NCBI RefSeq assembly: GCF_003918875.1
Contig: NW_025766447.1
Span: 1,984,001 to 2,048,000 of the forward strand
DNA length: 64,000 nucleotides
From: Haliotis rubra
Taxonomy: Eukaryota
Reading direction: 5' to 3'
The notes beneath the pieces are model-generated. The model did no database searches. It was given only the letters and a program-made list of their open reading frames with translations, and was not told where the DNA came from. Shown here one piece after another: positions 1-11,235 of this stretch (position 1 is the first letter of the stretch; each line of letters starts with the position of its first letter). A program made the translations under genes and the position numbers.

Positions 1-1010
1 AGGTTATCAAGATACTGTTTGGGGTGGTAAATAGAGGTTATCAAGATTCTGTTTTGGGATGGTAAACAGAGGTTATCAATGTACTGTTTTGGGATGGTAT
101 ATAGAGGTTATCAAGGTACTGTTTTGGGATGGTATATAGAGGTTATCAAGCTACTGTTTTGGGATGGTATATAGAGGTTATCAAGGTACTGTTTTGGGAT
201 GGTATATAGAGGTTATCAAGGTACTGTTTGGGATGGTATATAGAGGTTATGAAGGTACTGATTAGGATGGTATATAGAGGTTATCAAGGTACTGATTAAG
301 GTGGTATATATAGGTTATCAAGCGACTGTTTTGGGATGGTAAATATGGGTTATCAAGGTACTGTTTTTGGGATGGTAAATAGAGGTTATCAAGAGAATAT
401 TTTGGAATGGTAAATAGAGGTTATAAAGCTACTGTTTTGGTATGGTATGAAGGTTATGAAGGTACTTTTTGGGGGTGAATAGAGGTTATCAAGCGATTGT
501 TTTGGGTTGGTAAATAGACGTTATCAAGAGACTGTTTTGGGATGGTAAATAAAGGTTATCAAGCCACTGTTTTGTGATGGTATATAGAGGTTATCAAGCG
601 AAGATTTTGAAATGGTAAATAGAGGTTATAAAGCTACTGTTTTGGTATGGTATACAGAGGTTTTCAAGGTGCTGTTTCGGGATGGTATATAGAGGTTATC
701 AAGCTACTGTTTTGGGATGGTATACAGAGGTTATCAAGGTACTGTTTTGGGATGGTAGATAGATGTTATCAAGGTACTGTTAGATGGTAAATAAAGGTTA
801 TCAAGATACTGTTTAGGGGTGGTAATAGAGGTTATCAAGTTACTGTTTTGGGATGGTATATAGAGGTTATCAAGGTACTGTTTTGGGATGGTATAGAGGC
901 TATCAAGCGATTGTTTTGGGTTGGTAAATAGAGGTTATCAAGAGACTGTTTTGGGATGGTAAATAAAGGTTATCAAGCCACTGTTTTGTGATGGTATATA
1001 GAGGTTATCA
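1..1010. repeat. Minisatellite, 35-bp unit (GAGGTTATCAAGGTACTGTTTTGGGATGGTATATA), ~29 copies, truncated by window start
   Basis: GAGGTTATC recurs every ~35 bp (e.g. 69, 104, 139, 174, 209). Confidence 0.95.
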
Positions 1011-1016
1011 AGCAAC

Positions 1017-1268
1017 AGACCTGTGAAGGTCCAGGATAGAATTGGTCTTCAGTAACCCATGCTTGTCGTAAGAGGCGACTAACGGGATCGTTTGATCAGG
1101 CTCGCTGACTTGGTTCACACATGTCATCGTTACCCATTTGCGTAGATCGATGCTCATGCTGTTTATCACTGGATTGTCTGGTCCAGACTCGATTATATAC
1201 AGACCGCCGTCATATAGCTGGAATGTTGCTGAGTGCGGCGTACAACTAAACTCACTCACCCACTCACT
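1017..1268 (+). mobile_element. SINE-like family A copy (~250 bp, (TCAC)n tail)
   Basis: Near-identical to 63409-63652, 14612-14840 and 58445-58680 (rc). Ends GCTGGAAT(A/G)TTGCTGAGTGCGGCGT...AACTCACTCAC. It sits at the end of the 35-bp array, and a partial unit resumes after it. Confidence 0.85.
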
Positions 1269-2004
1269 ATCAAGCGACTGTGTTTTGTGATGATTATAAT
1301 ATCAATCACTGGATTGTCTGGGCCCCGTTCCATAAAGCGATCATAAGTCTACACTGCAGTATTAGGAAGGAACATTGTATTCTGCTCGCCAAGGCTCGGT
1401 CAATAGGATGCTTATTCCTAACACAGCATATTTACCCTTACAGAATACATAACCTTTTATTCACTGGCTTTATCATGCCAAGAATGTTACCCATTATATG
1501 GTAACTGTCTGTACACAAATGTATATTTTGAAATATATTCACGATAACTGAGCATTATAATGTTTGACAGAAGTTAGTTATTGAGATACGACCATATTTT
1601 CAGTGCATGGTAATAATGTTGAACAGTATAATTGCACTAAGGCCCATACAGCTTAAAGGCCTGGAACTGCATAAACGTGCTGGATGTATGAGCTTTTGTC
1701 GAAATCCATTGGAAGCATGGCATACTAATAAAAAGTGGTATTTCCCATCGATTTCTCTTAATCCATAATGGAACCAGCATCTGCAGATACGGGTAGCCTG
1801 GTTTTCATGTGTGTGTGTCTTGGTTTCATTGTGACATCCGCATGGGACTCGGGATGTCCAACAGTAGCATGACCTGTCTCGGACAGAAACAGTGCAACAT
1901 ACAATACTGGTTTTAATGTAGAGAAGTGAGATATACCATTAATTCTGATCGCGATCGATTAGGCCATGCTTGAAATCAGATCGACGAATGTTATAATTTC
2001 CAAC

Positions 2005-2200
2005 TTTCCGGACCAAACCAAACCCATGTTTCAGTGATATATCTTGTGATATATAATTTCCGGACCAAACCAAACCCATGTTTCAGTGATATATCTTGTG
2101 ATATATAATTTCCGGACCAAACCAAACCCATGTTTCAGTGATATATCTTGTGATATATAATTTCCGGACCAAACCAAACTCATGTTTCAGTGATATATCT
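2005..2200. repeat. Minisatellite, 52-bp unit, ~4 copies
   Basis: CCGGACCAAACCAAAC at 2008, 2060, 2112, 2164. Confidence 0.9.
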
Positions 2201-3034
2201 TTTACGTAGATAGCCCACGAGATGACGTTACTTCATCCGGGTTATACACTGTTGGATAAACCTGTTTTCAAAGTGGTCCGCTATCAATGTTTAGCAATGC
2301 AAAACTCCACACACTTGTACGTCCTGCAGTGGATGTGTTCCGACTTCCCCAAGTATAGAGTTGTCAGAGGCTTATCTCGGTAAATACATTATTTAGTTCT
2401 AAAAGCTATGGTGCTCATTTATAACGGTTCCTGCACAAATACATACCCAGATGTTTATACCCGTGTGTGTTTCAGTAATCGATGTCCAGATACCTGTATC
2501 TGCTGAGATAAAGGTGTAATCTGGTTTATTGTCATCCCCGGAAGTGATATTGATTAGGAAGTTCAATATTTATCATGTCATCATACATCTATAATCTGCT
2601 CATGTTTGGTCAAAGTAAAAACACAAATATAAACTACTGAATGCTGTGCCTACTTGTGTTTCAGCTTAACTGAATCGGGTTTGCATGGACGATAACAACA
2701 ATCGGCAAGTGACGTGATTACATTCTCATTTCTCACATAGCCATCCTTGCAGTCTCCATTCATCACAGTAGGCTTAGAATACCCGTATTTCCTCCAATGA
2801 GCGCCCGGTTTTCAGCGGACCTCCATACCCGGCGCTTATTAGAGGCCCGGCGCTTGTTGCGCTTACTGTGTGTAATTAACAGGATCTAGTTTGGTCTATA
2901 AGCAATCATCTAGCACCGGATCGCACACATATTTATATACATGGAATCTCCCTTCGACGATTACTAAATATCCATCAACCCGTGCCATGTGGAGGACAGG
3001 GAGTTATGAATAAAGGGACAATTCCATAATAAGG

Positions 3035-3208
3035 NNNNNNNNNNNNNNNNNNNNNNNNNNNNNNNNNNNNNNNNNNNNNNNNNNNNNNNNNNNNNNNNNN
3101 NNNNNNNNNNNNNNNNNNNNNNNNNNNNNNNNNNNNNNNNNNNNNNNNNNNNNNNNNNNNNNNNNNNNNNNNNNNNNNNNNNNNNNNNNNNNNNNNNNNN
3201 NNNNNNNN
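3035..3208. other. Assembly gap (N run)
   Basis: Run of N. Confidence 1.
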
Positions 3209-3334
3209 TTGTTAGCCACCGTACCCCGACGGCGTGGATCGGTGCTTATAATATCAATCACTGGATGTCGGGACCATTCCCATGAAGCGACAGTAGCGTT
3301 ATGACTGGCATAAGTCTACAGGACTGGCATGTAG

Positions 3335-5580
3335 GAGCTATATAACTCCCATACCTTAACATAAACTTACGACTGTAGCGCTAAAGTTATCGTAACTCCC
3401 ATATCTTAACATAGCCTTACGGCTGTAGCGCTAAGGTTATCGTAACTCCCATATTTTAACATAGACTTAAGACTGTAGCGCTAAGGTTATCGTAACTCCC
3501 ATACCTTAACATAGACTTACGACTGTAGCGCTAACTCCCATACCTTAACATAGACTTAGGACTTTAGCGCTAAGGTTATCGTAACTCCCATCACTTAACA
3601 TAGACTTACGACTGTAGCGCTAAGGTTATCGTAACTCCCATACCTTAACATAGACTTACGACTGTAGCGCTAAAGTTATCGTAACTCCCATATCTTAACA
3701 TAGCCTTACGACTGTAGCGCTAAGGTTATCGTAACTCCCATACCTTAACATAGACTTACGACTGTAGCGCTAAGGTTATCGTATACCTTAACATAGACTT
3801 ACGACTGTAGCGCTAAGGTTATCGTAACTCCCATAACTTAACATAGACTTATGACTGTAGCGCTAAGGTTATCGTAACTCCCATACCTTAACATAAACTT
3901 ACGACTGTAGCGCTAAGGTTATCGTAACTCCCATATCTTAACATAGACTTACGACTGTAGCGCTAAGGTTATCGTAACTCCCATATTTTAACATAGACTT
4001 AAGACTGTAGCGCTAAGGTTATCGTAACTCCCATACCTTAACATAGACTTACGACTGTAGCGCTAACTCCCATACCTTAACAGAGACTTAGGACTGTAGC
4101 GCTAAAGTTATCGTAACTCCCATAACTTAACATAGACTTATGACTGTAGCGCTAAGGTTATCATAACTCCCATACCTTAACATAGACTTACGACTGTGGC
4201 GCTAAAGTTATCGTAACTCCCATATCTTAACATAGCCTTACGGCTGTAGCGCTAAGGTTATCGTAACTCCCATATTTTGACATAGACTTAAGACTGTAGC
4301 GCTAAGGTTATCGTAACTCCCATACCTTAACATAGACTTACGACTGTAGCGCTAAGTTTTTCGTAACTCCCATGCCTTAACAGAGACTTAGGACTGTAGC
4401 GCTAAGGTTATCATAACTCCCATACCTTAACATAGACTTACGACTGTAGCGCTAATGTTATCGTAACTCCCATGCCTTAACAGAGACTTACGACTGTGGC
4501 GCTAAGGTTATCGTAACTCCCATACCTTAACAGAGACTTACGACTGTAGCGCTAACTCCCATACCTTAACATAGACTTAGGCTGTAGCGCTAAAGTTATC
4601 GTAACTCCCATAACTTAACATAGACTTATGACTGTAGCGCTAAGGTTATCATAACTCCCATACCTTAACATAGACTTACGACTGTAGCGCTAAGGTTATC
4701 GTAACTCCCTTGCGTTAACAGAGACTTACGACTGTAGCGCTAAGGTTATCGTAACTCCCATACCTTAACATAGACTTATGACTGTAGCGCTAAGGTTTTC
4801 GTAACTCCCATACCTTAACAGAGACTTACGACTGTAGCGCTAACTCCCATACCTTAACATAGACATACGACTGTAGCGCTAAAGTTATCGTAACTCCCAT
4901 AACTTAACATAGACTTACGACTGTAGCGCTAAGGTTATCGTAACTCCCATGCCTTAACATAGACTGACGACTGTAGCGCTAAGGTTATCGTAACTCCTAT
5001 ATGTTAACATAGACATACGACTGTAGCGCTGAGGTTGTCGTAACTCCCATGCCTTAACAGAGACTTACGACTGTAGCGCTAAGGTTATCGTAACTCCTAT
5101 ATGTTAACATAGACATACGACTGTAGCGCTGAGGTTGTCGTAACTCCCATGCCTTAACAGAGACTTACGACTGTAGCGCTAACTCCCATATCTTAACATA
5201 GACTGAGGACTGTAGCGCTAAGGTTATCGTAACTCCCTTGCCTTAACATAGACTTATGACTGTAGCGCTAAGGTTATCGTAACTCCCATATGTTAACATA
5301 GACATATACGGCTGTAGCGCTAAGGTTATCGTTACTCACATATCTTAACATAGACTTACGACTGTAGCGCTAAGGTTATCGTAACTCCCACGCCTTAACA
5401 TAGACTTATGACTGTAGCGCTAAGGTTATCGTAACTCCCATATGTTAACATAGACATATACTGCTGTAGCGCTAAGGTTATCGTAACTCACATATCTTAA
5501 CATAGACTTAGGACTGTAGCGCTAAGGTTATCGTAACTCCCACGCCTTAACACAGACTTACGACTGTAGCGCTAAGGTTG
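3335..5580. repeat. Minisatellite, 50-bp unit (ACTTACGACTGTAGCGCTAAGGTTATCGTAACTCCCATACCTTAACATAG), ~45 copies, MITE-derived
   Basis: GACTGTAGCGCTAA recurs every ~50 bp. The unit resembles the core of the palindromic MITE at 31348-31456. Confidence 0.95.
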
Positions 5581-6569
5581 TTTAGTACAACGACACCCAC
5601 GTTCAGGCTGGATTATCTACTGACCGCCGTCTTATTGCTGGCGGCGAGATATGTTGCAGCGCGGCGGTAAATATCAAATCTTAAAGTTCCTAAAGCCCGG
5701 TTTCAAGAAGATATTATTGTGTGTTCTTGTCACATCAATAATGTAATAAATTCGATTGCCCTTGGTTCCACTTTGATCGCGTGATTTGATTTATCATTCA
5801 GTGGATACTATATTCTTTAAAGATCACATATACTCTAGGGGGGTACAAATACATAAATCACTAACTGGTATCGCTATAAATGAAACCCCGTCATTAAAAC
5901 TACTCACTTCGATCTTTAATCAACTTAAATCGACCTTTTTGACATAAGTGCACAATTCTCACCCGCGAACGAAATTTCAACCAATCAGAGCGGGGCGTCT
6001 CTGTGACGTCATATGAGGAATAGATATGAGGGCCGATGCAGAATTCATCTACATTTCAGGGGGTAAATTATCTTGTTTCCAGGTTTGTATAAACCTAAAA
6101 TCGTGACAACTGTCGTGGAAAATGAAAGCTATATGTTCTCACAATCTACTGTCATATAATTTTGTCTCCTGCTTTGCCTAGTTACAACTTGTTTTCATAG
6201 ACGATTCTGTCAAAATCGCTTGGTGTCGTTAGGCCTAATGTGTATAATGACTGATCCAAATTGATCCCATTTCTCATTTTTTTACCTCGATATTTAATCA
6301 TGTCATGTAAAACTATGACGTCTCTTACGTATGATATTAAAAAATTGACATTTGATTTATTTGAATCGGTAAACTAAACAACCCTATTTTGCCATTGCTC
6401 GAAGAATCTAAAATTTTACTTAGGTAAATAGGTACATACAGTTTTAGCACACAGCAAATGCTTATATGTATTTCTTATGCAACAATGAAGTTATGTTTGT
6501 ATTCTCAAAACAGTGTCGGCCCATAAGTTTTCACATGCAATTAAAATTGCATGCAATACAGCAATTAAT

Positions 6570-7040
6570 ACTCCCTCGTTGTAACCCGTGTTAGGTGGTA
6601 TAAACCTACACATGTTATTTGTCATCATTCACTTGATGGTCAGTTAAAATTTATAACAGGTATAATTAGTGGTAACACCACTTAGATTACACCACAAAGG
6701 TTCCCATTTTGCATTTCTTGTATCTGGAGTAAATATTCAACATTATAAACATCGATCAAAGGATTAACCGATAACACGCTGATTGATTAATTACTTTTAT
6801 CTTACACAGCGGATTTGTCAAAAGGTAGTGTTTATGTATGTAGATTGACTAATCTATACTGAATACACTCTGTCGTGTCTGTGTCTGCGTAAAAACAACG
6901 TCCTTCCTTCAAAGGATTAACCGCCAATACAGTGATTGATTGCTCATTATTGGCTAACTAAATTACCGTTTTTAAAGAATGGCGGACATTATGCAATCAG
7001 TTGCCAGGTGTGCTATCTTGGGTGACCAATGAGACTATAC
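6570..7040 (+). mobile_element. Unclassified interspersed repeat, related copy at ~26390-26790
   Basis: Shared blocks in the same order, e.g. TATAACAGG...TAATTAGTGGTAACAC, TCTTGT(A/G)TCTGG and TGTGCTATCT(T/C)GGGTGA. Confidence 0.6.
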
Positions 7041-7556
7041 ACCAATGTGACTTACCTGAAACGATATATCACTTTTTCGTATACTAGACTGTTAAAAGAC
7101 ACATTACTTGGAACAGCTGCAGATGAATGGCATATCACTCGTTTTTGTGGATATTGATGGATACATTCCTCGAACAAGGTAATAGCCTGACATTGTTCCT
7201 ATAAATTTAATCTGTTTTGATATTTGCATTTTGTTTTTATTCATTTGTCGTAGCATTCAACAGAATCGTTGTTTTCGCCGTGAAGTGTAATGAGACATAC
7301 ACTAGGGCGTGTGTGCGAATTAACATTCACATTGGCAAACTATAAAAGGTCTAGATATTACAGTCCGGTTATAAATTCACTAGAGTATCAACAGATCGCC
7401 TGCTTTTTATTTAGTTTCAAAATGCATACAAGTATGATAATAAACTAATTAGGATTATAAGACCAAATATAAAGACGTACATTGACTAGTATCTACATAC
7501 TGGTGAGTGCACGTTGACCACGTGAATGTTGTAAGAAATTTATCGCGCAGTATTGT

Positions 7557-8100
7557 CACTTCGACCCCCCACCTCGATTCCGTGGAAGAAATCGTTATGT
7601 TATAAGTTGTGTCATGCAAAATGCTTTTGGTTATGATTCAAATACATATTTAACTACGAGAAGAAAGTAGTTTTGATTTTCTAACTTGATGAAAACAAAC
7701 CATAATCTCATTAATTCTAACAGACTTTAGCCCGTGACTTCACGATTTTCAAAAATGGCGGCGCCCTATCGCGAACATCCGCCAGTCTGAGCATAAATGC
7801 CATTTAGGTTTGTTTTCACCGAGTTACAAAATCAAAACTACTTTCTACTGGTAGTAAAATATGTATTTGATTGATGGCCAATAGGATTTTGCATGACATA
7901 GCGTATAACATAACAATTTCTCTCGTGGAAGCGAGGTGGGTGTCAATATAACACTACTTACAGTATTATTGTTACTTCGACCACAACCTCGCTTCTGAGG
8001 AAGAAATCGTTATGTTACAAGTTGTGTCATGGAAAATCTTTATGTCATCAATCATATACATATTTTACTACGACTAGTAAGTAGTTTTGATTCTTTAACT
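7557..8100. mobile_element. Foldback/MITE-like element with ~140-bp inverted arms (7561-7702 / 7808-7946) plus a third, direct-orientation arm (7975-8100)
   Basis: AAAGTAGTTTTGATTTT...AAAACAAACC is mirrored by GGTTTGTTTT...AAAATCAAAACTACTTT. A YY1-like AAAATGGCGGC lies in the spacer. Confidence 0.75.
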
Positions 8101-8495
8101 TCCGTGAAGCGTTGGGGATAGTGAATGTCTTTTTAGATTGGGCTATTATTACATAATGTTTACTTAGGGTGCCCTCCGACATCAGTCTGTTATAACTGAA
8201 CTACTGTTCAAAGCGGCGTAAAACCAAACACTCACTCAAACATATTAATCTCATATGATTGTTATTTGACCCGACAACTGATAAGATACTTATTTTCATA
8301 GCTTTGCCCTTTCAAAATATCTCCTTAACAATTGTATTATGTCCAGGAATGCCGGGTTATCTGTTCGCAAGAATGCCACGTGGCATTGCCTTGTTCACCA
8401 AAGTCATCATCATCTTTAATAAATCATATTATATTTCTTTTCCTTACAATTGCTAAATGTGTAATGCAAACAGAATAAAAGCAATGTTACAAATA

Positions 8496-10001
8496 TACTC
8501 TCCCAAAAAAGAAACGCATATAGGAATTTCCACTGTATTTTCATGTTTATTTTGAAACATCTTGAAGGCTTTATGAGTCAATGAAATATAGCGAAATTGC
8601 ACACTGGGAATGCAGACTGATCCGTCTTTGGCACCAACTCGAGGAAAGTCAGTTTGAGTGTCACATGGAGACGTGTGGTGGCGCTGAAGTCAATACCTCG
8701 TGTGACCACCGTGGGCATCCAGAACTGCACGGCATCGCCTCGGCATCGAACGAATAAGTCTCAGAATATCGTGTTGCCCAATCGCAACCCACTCTGCCTG
8801 TAGTGCCTGTGCGAGTTGCTGAAGTGTCTGGAGCTGAGGGTTACGGCGTCGCACCCGTCTGTCCAGGGCATCCCACAGATGTTCGATCGGGTGTAAGTCC
8901 GGTGGTCTTGAGGGCCAGGGGAGCACATTGATGTTGTGGTTCTGGAGGAAGTCTCTAGTGTGACGTGCTGTGTGGGGCCTGGCATTGTCCTGTTGAAACA
9001 ACTCCCTCTGGCGATCAATGATTGGAAGGAGGTGTGGGCGTAGGATTTCGTCACAGTACCGTTGAGCTGTCAGGTTGCCCTGGATCATCACCAAGTCACT
9101 TCTCCTACGGCAGGTGATCGCTCCCCCACATCATAACACTTCCCCGGCCGAATCTGTCCACCTGGGGAACGCAAGCGTCGGCGAAACGTTCACGTCGACG
9201 TCTGTACACCCGCATTCTTCCATCGCGTCGTTCCAGTTGGAATCGTGATTCATCACTGAACCAGATTCTACGCCAATTCGGTGGGTTCTAGGCCTGAACG
9301 TTGGTGCACCATTGAACTCGATGTCGACGATGTTGTTGTCGAAGCACAGGGCCAAAATAAGGTCTTCTGGCACGTAAACCAGCCCCTCTCAACCTGTTCC
9401 TGACGGTCTGTGCAGAAAGCCTCCTCAATCCGGGTATTTGTCGAGCGGTACTGGTCGCCGTAGCTGTTCGATGACGCAGGTGATGTATCCGGATGTAGCG
9501 GTCGCCCACTACGAGGGGCATCTGCTACCGCATTCTGTCAGCGATATCTCTCCCAGAGTCGTGAAATGGTGCTTTGGTGAACATTCGTGCGTCGGGCAAC
9601 TGCACGTTGAGACTGGCCAGCTTCAAGCAAACCAATGGCGATATGACGGTTGGCTTCACTTAGACGTGGCATTTTGCGTTCGTCAACAATATTCCAAATA
9701 CAGTGAATAATCGACAGACAGCGATCAACCTTTTATACCCATCATTGAGACTATCTGATCCCCAACTTTCACGTGCATTACATGTGAATTGTGTATTCTG
9801 TGACACTACACGCCGAATTTGAAAATCATGCTGTTAAATACGGGTATTTTACGGATGGTGCGTTTTGTTGTGATGTTTCCAAACATAAACACCATAGGAC
9901 TCATAAACAGAGCAAAACCTTTTGTAAAATGAATCACGTTTTAATTCATTGCTACATGAAATTGCTATTTTCATGATGCGTTTCTTTTTTTTGGGAGAGT
10001 A
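8496..10001 (-). mobile_element. Tc1/mariner (Tc1, DD34E) DNA transposon, full length, defective
   Basis: TIRs TACTCTCCCAAAAAAGAAACGCAT (8496-) and ATGCGTTTCTTTTTTTTGGGAGAGTA (-10001), each flanked by TA. Internal transposase on the minus strand. Confidence 0.92.
8690..9672 (-). pseudogene. Tc1-family transposase pseudogene
   Basis: MPRLSEANRHIAIGLLEAG HTH start at 9672, then WFSDESRF, QQDNARPH and WPSRPPDLHPIEHLW with exactly 34 residues between D2 and E. In-frame TAG at 9288-9290, frameshift at ~9125 and disruption near 9520-9550. Confidence 0.9.
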
Positions 10002-10843
10002 TATGAACACGTTTTGTAAACATTCCTTTTGAAAATATCTGACGTCTACGGCAGAGAATAACCATTCTAGATTAGAAGGGGAACAAGGAAACATAGCGGT
10101 GGAAATGTTATAATATGAGATTTTCCAGATAAAGGCAAGTAGATCCTTCCCAATCGGAAAAACTGCCGGGCAAGCATATTGCTAGAAGCGTTAGTAAAAG
10201 CAACCCAAAATGCACTGCAAAGTTTTGCTTGATAAGGCCAGTTTGTGTTAGGTGTGGGTACGTATTGAGGACTGTTTATCCAAATTCTGGTCGCTATGCA
10301 CGTCACATACCCATGCGAAGGTAGAGCAAGAACTTGTGTTTAAAGGTGCATTATCGTAAGTGTTACGCATACTGTTGATCTTAAACATAAATTCAATTAT
10401 ACTTCAATATCATCAAATGTTTCACCATCTCAGTTACAGTTTCAATCATTTCTTTTGGAGCATTATAAAATACATTTTATGCAGATAGATCTCTGTCACA
10501 GAAACTACAGCAACTGTGGGACTGGGAAGACGTACCGCCTAGTCGGCAATTTTAGTCACAGGTACGTTATTGTGCTTTGAGTCTGGTTTCAAACATACCC
10601 ATTGAAGACGTGACTTACGTTGTCAAACACCCCAAATACCCCCAAAGGACAGTGAGAGATCGCACCGCATCAATAAAAGGTCTAGTCTTTGAAATCCTCG
10701 AGAGAACGTTACATGCAGTAACTGAATTTCTTTAATGCTTATGGGGTCGCTTTGATTATGTTTCTAATCTTATCGTTATACAGCGAGCCCTTGGGCTTCA
10801 CCAATGCGTTAGATATATATCGTCGGGTACTCCACCCACAGCA

Positions 10844-11010
10844 GGGGCGGTGGGGTAGCCTAGTGGTTAAAGCGTTCGCTCGTCACGCCGAGGATCCGGG
10901 CTCCATTCCCCACATGGGCACAATGTGTGGAGCCCATTTCTGATGTCCCCAGTCGTGATATTGCTGGGATATTTCTAAAAACGGCGTAAAACCAAATTCA
11001 CTCACTCACT
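10844..11010 (+). mobile_element. tRNA-derived SINE family B (tRNA-Asp-like head), ~170 bp
   Basis: A-box TAGCCTAGTGGTTAAAGCG, GTC anticodon-like loop, degenerate B-box, tail GGCGTAAAACCAAATTCACTCACTCACT. Several similar copies occur in the window. Confidence 0.85.
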
Positions 11011-11235
11011 CTATCCACACCAAGCTGACACACCGTGATTTAACCTCCCTCACATTGCTGGTGAGTATCAGCGATCTGAATGTGACGACATGGTGATACC
11101 TCCGTTACATTCTTATATCACGGCTCAGGACGCTGGTGTCGCATTAACAGCGGACAAAACTCGGGGCAAATATTTATTATTTGTATGAAAACAAACCAAA
11201 TATGAGCAAATTGCTCTGTTGATCCTCCATGCGTT

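Noticed and set aside
1008-1259. Recurrent short ORFs (IESGPDNPVINSMSIDLR...; also 14436, 58542, 63364)
   Set aside because: Antisense translations of SINE family A, not a gene family.
2780-2860. Possible Tc2/pogo-like MITE left end (CCGTATTTCCTCCAATGAGCGCCC)
   Set aside because: No matching right end before the assembly gap, so it cannot be supported.
3335-5580. CRISPR-like regular repeats
   Set aside because: Head-to-tail units with no unique spacers, no cas genes and a eukaryotic context. The same applies to all other arrays here.
5975-6012. CCAAT + GC-box + CRE promoter-like cluster
   Set aside because: No adjacent gene found; it more likely lies within a degenerate transposon end.
10844-10920. 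tRNA-Asp gene
   Set aside because: No proper acceptor stem. It continues into a shared SINE body and tail and occurs as multiple diverged copies.
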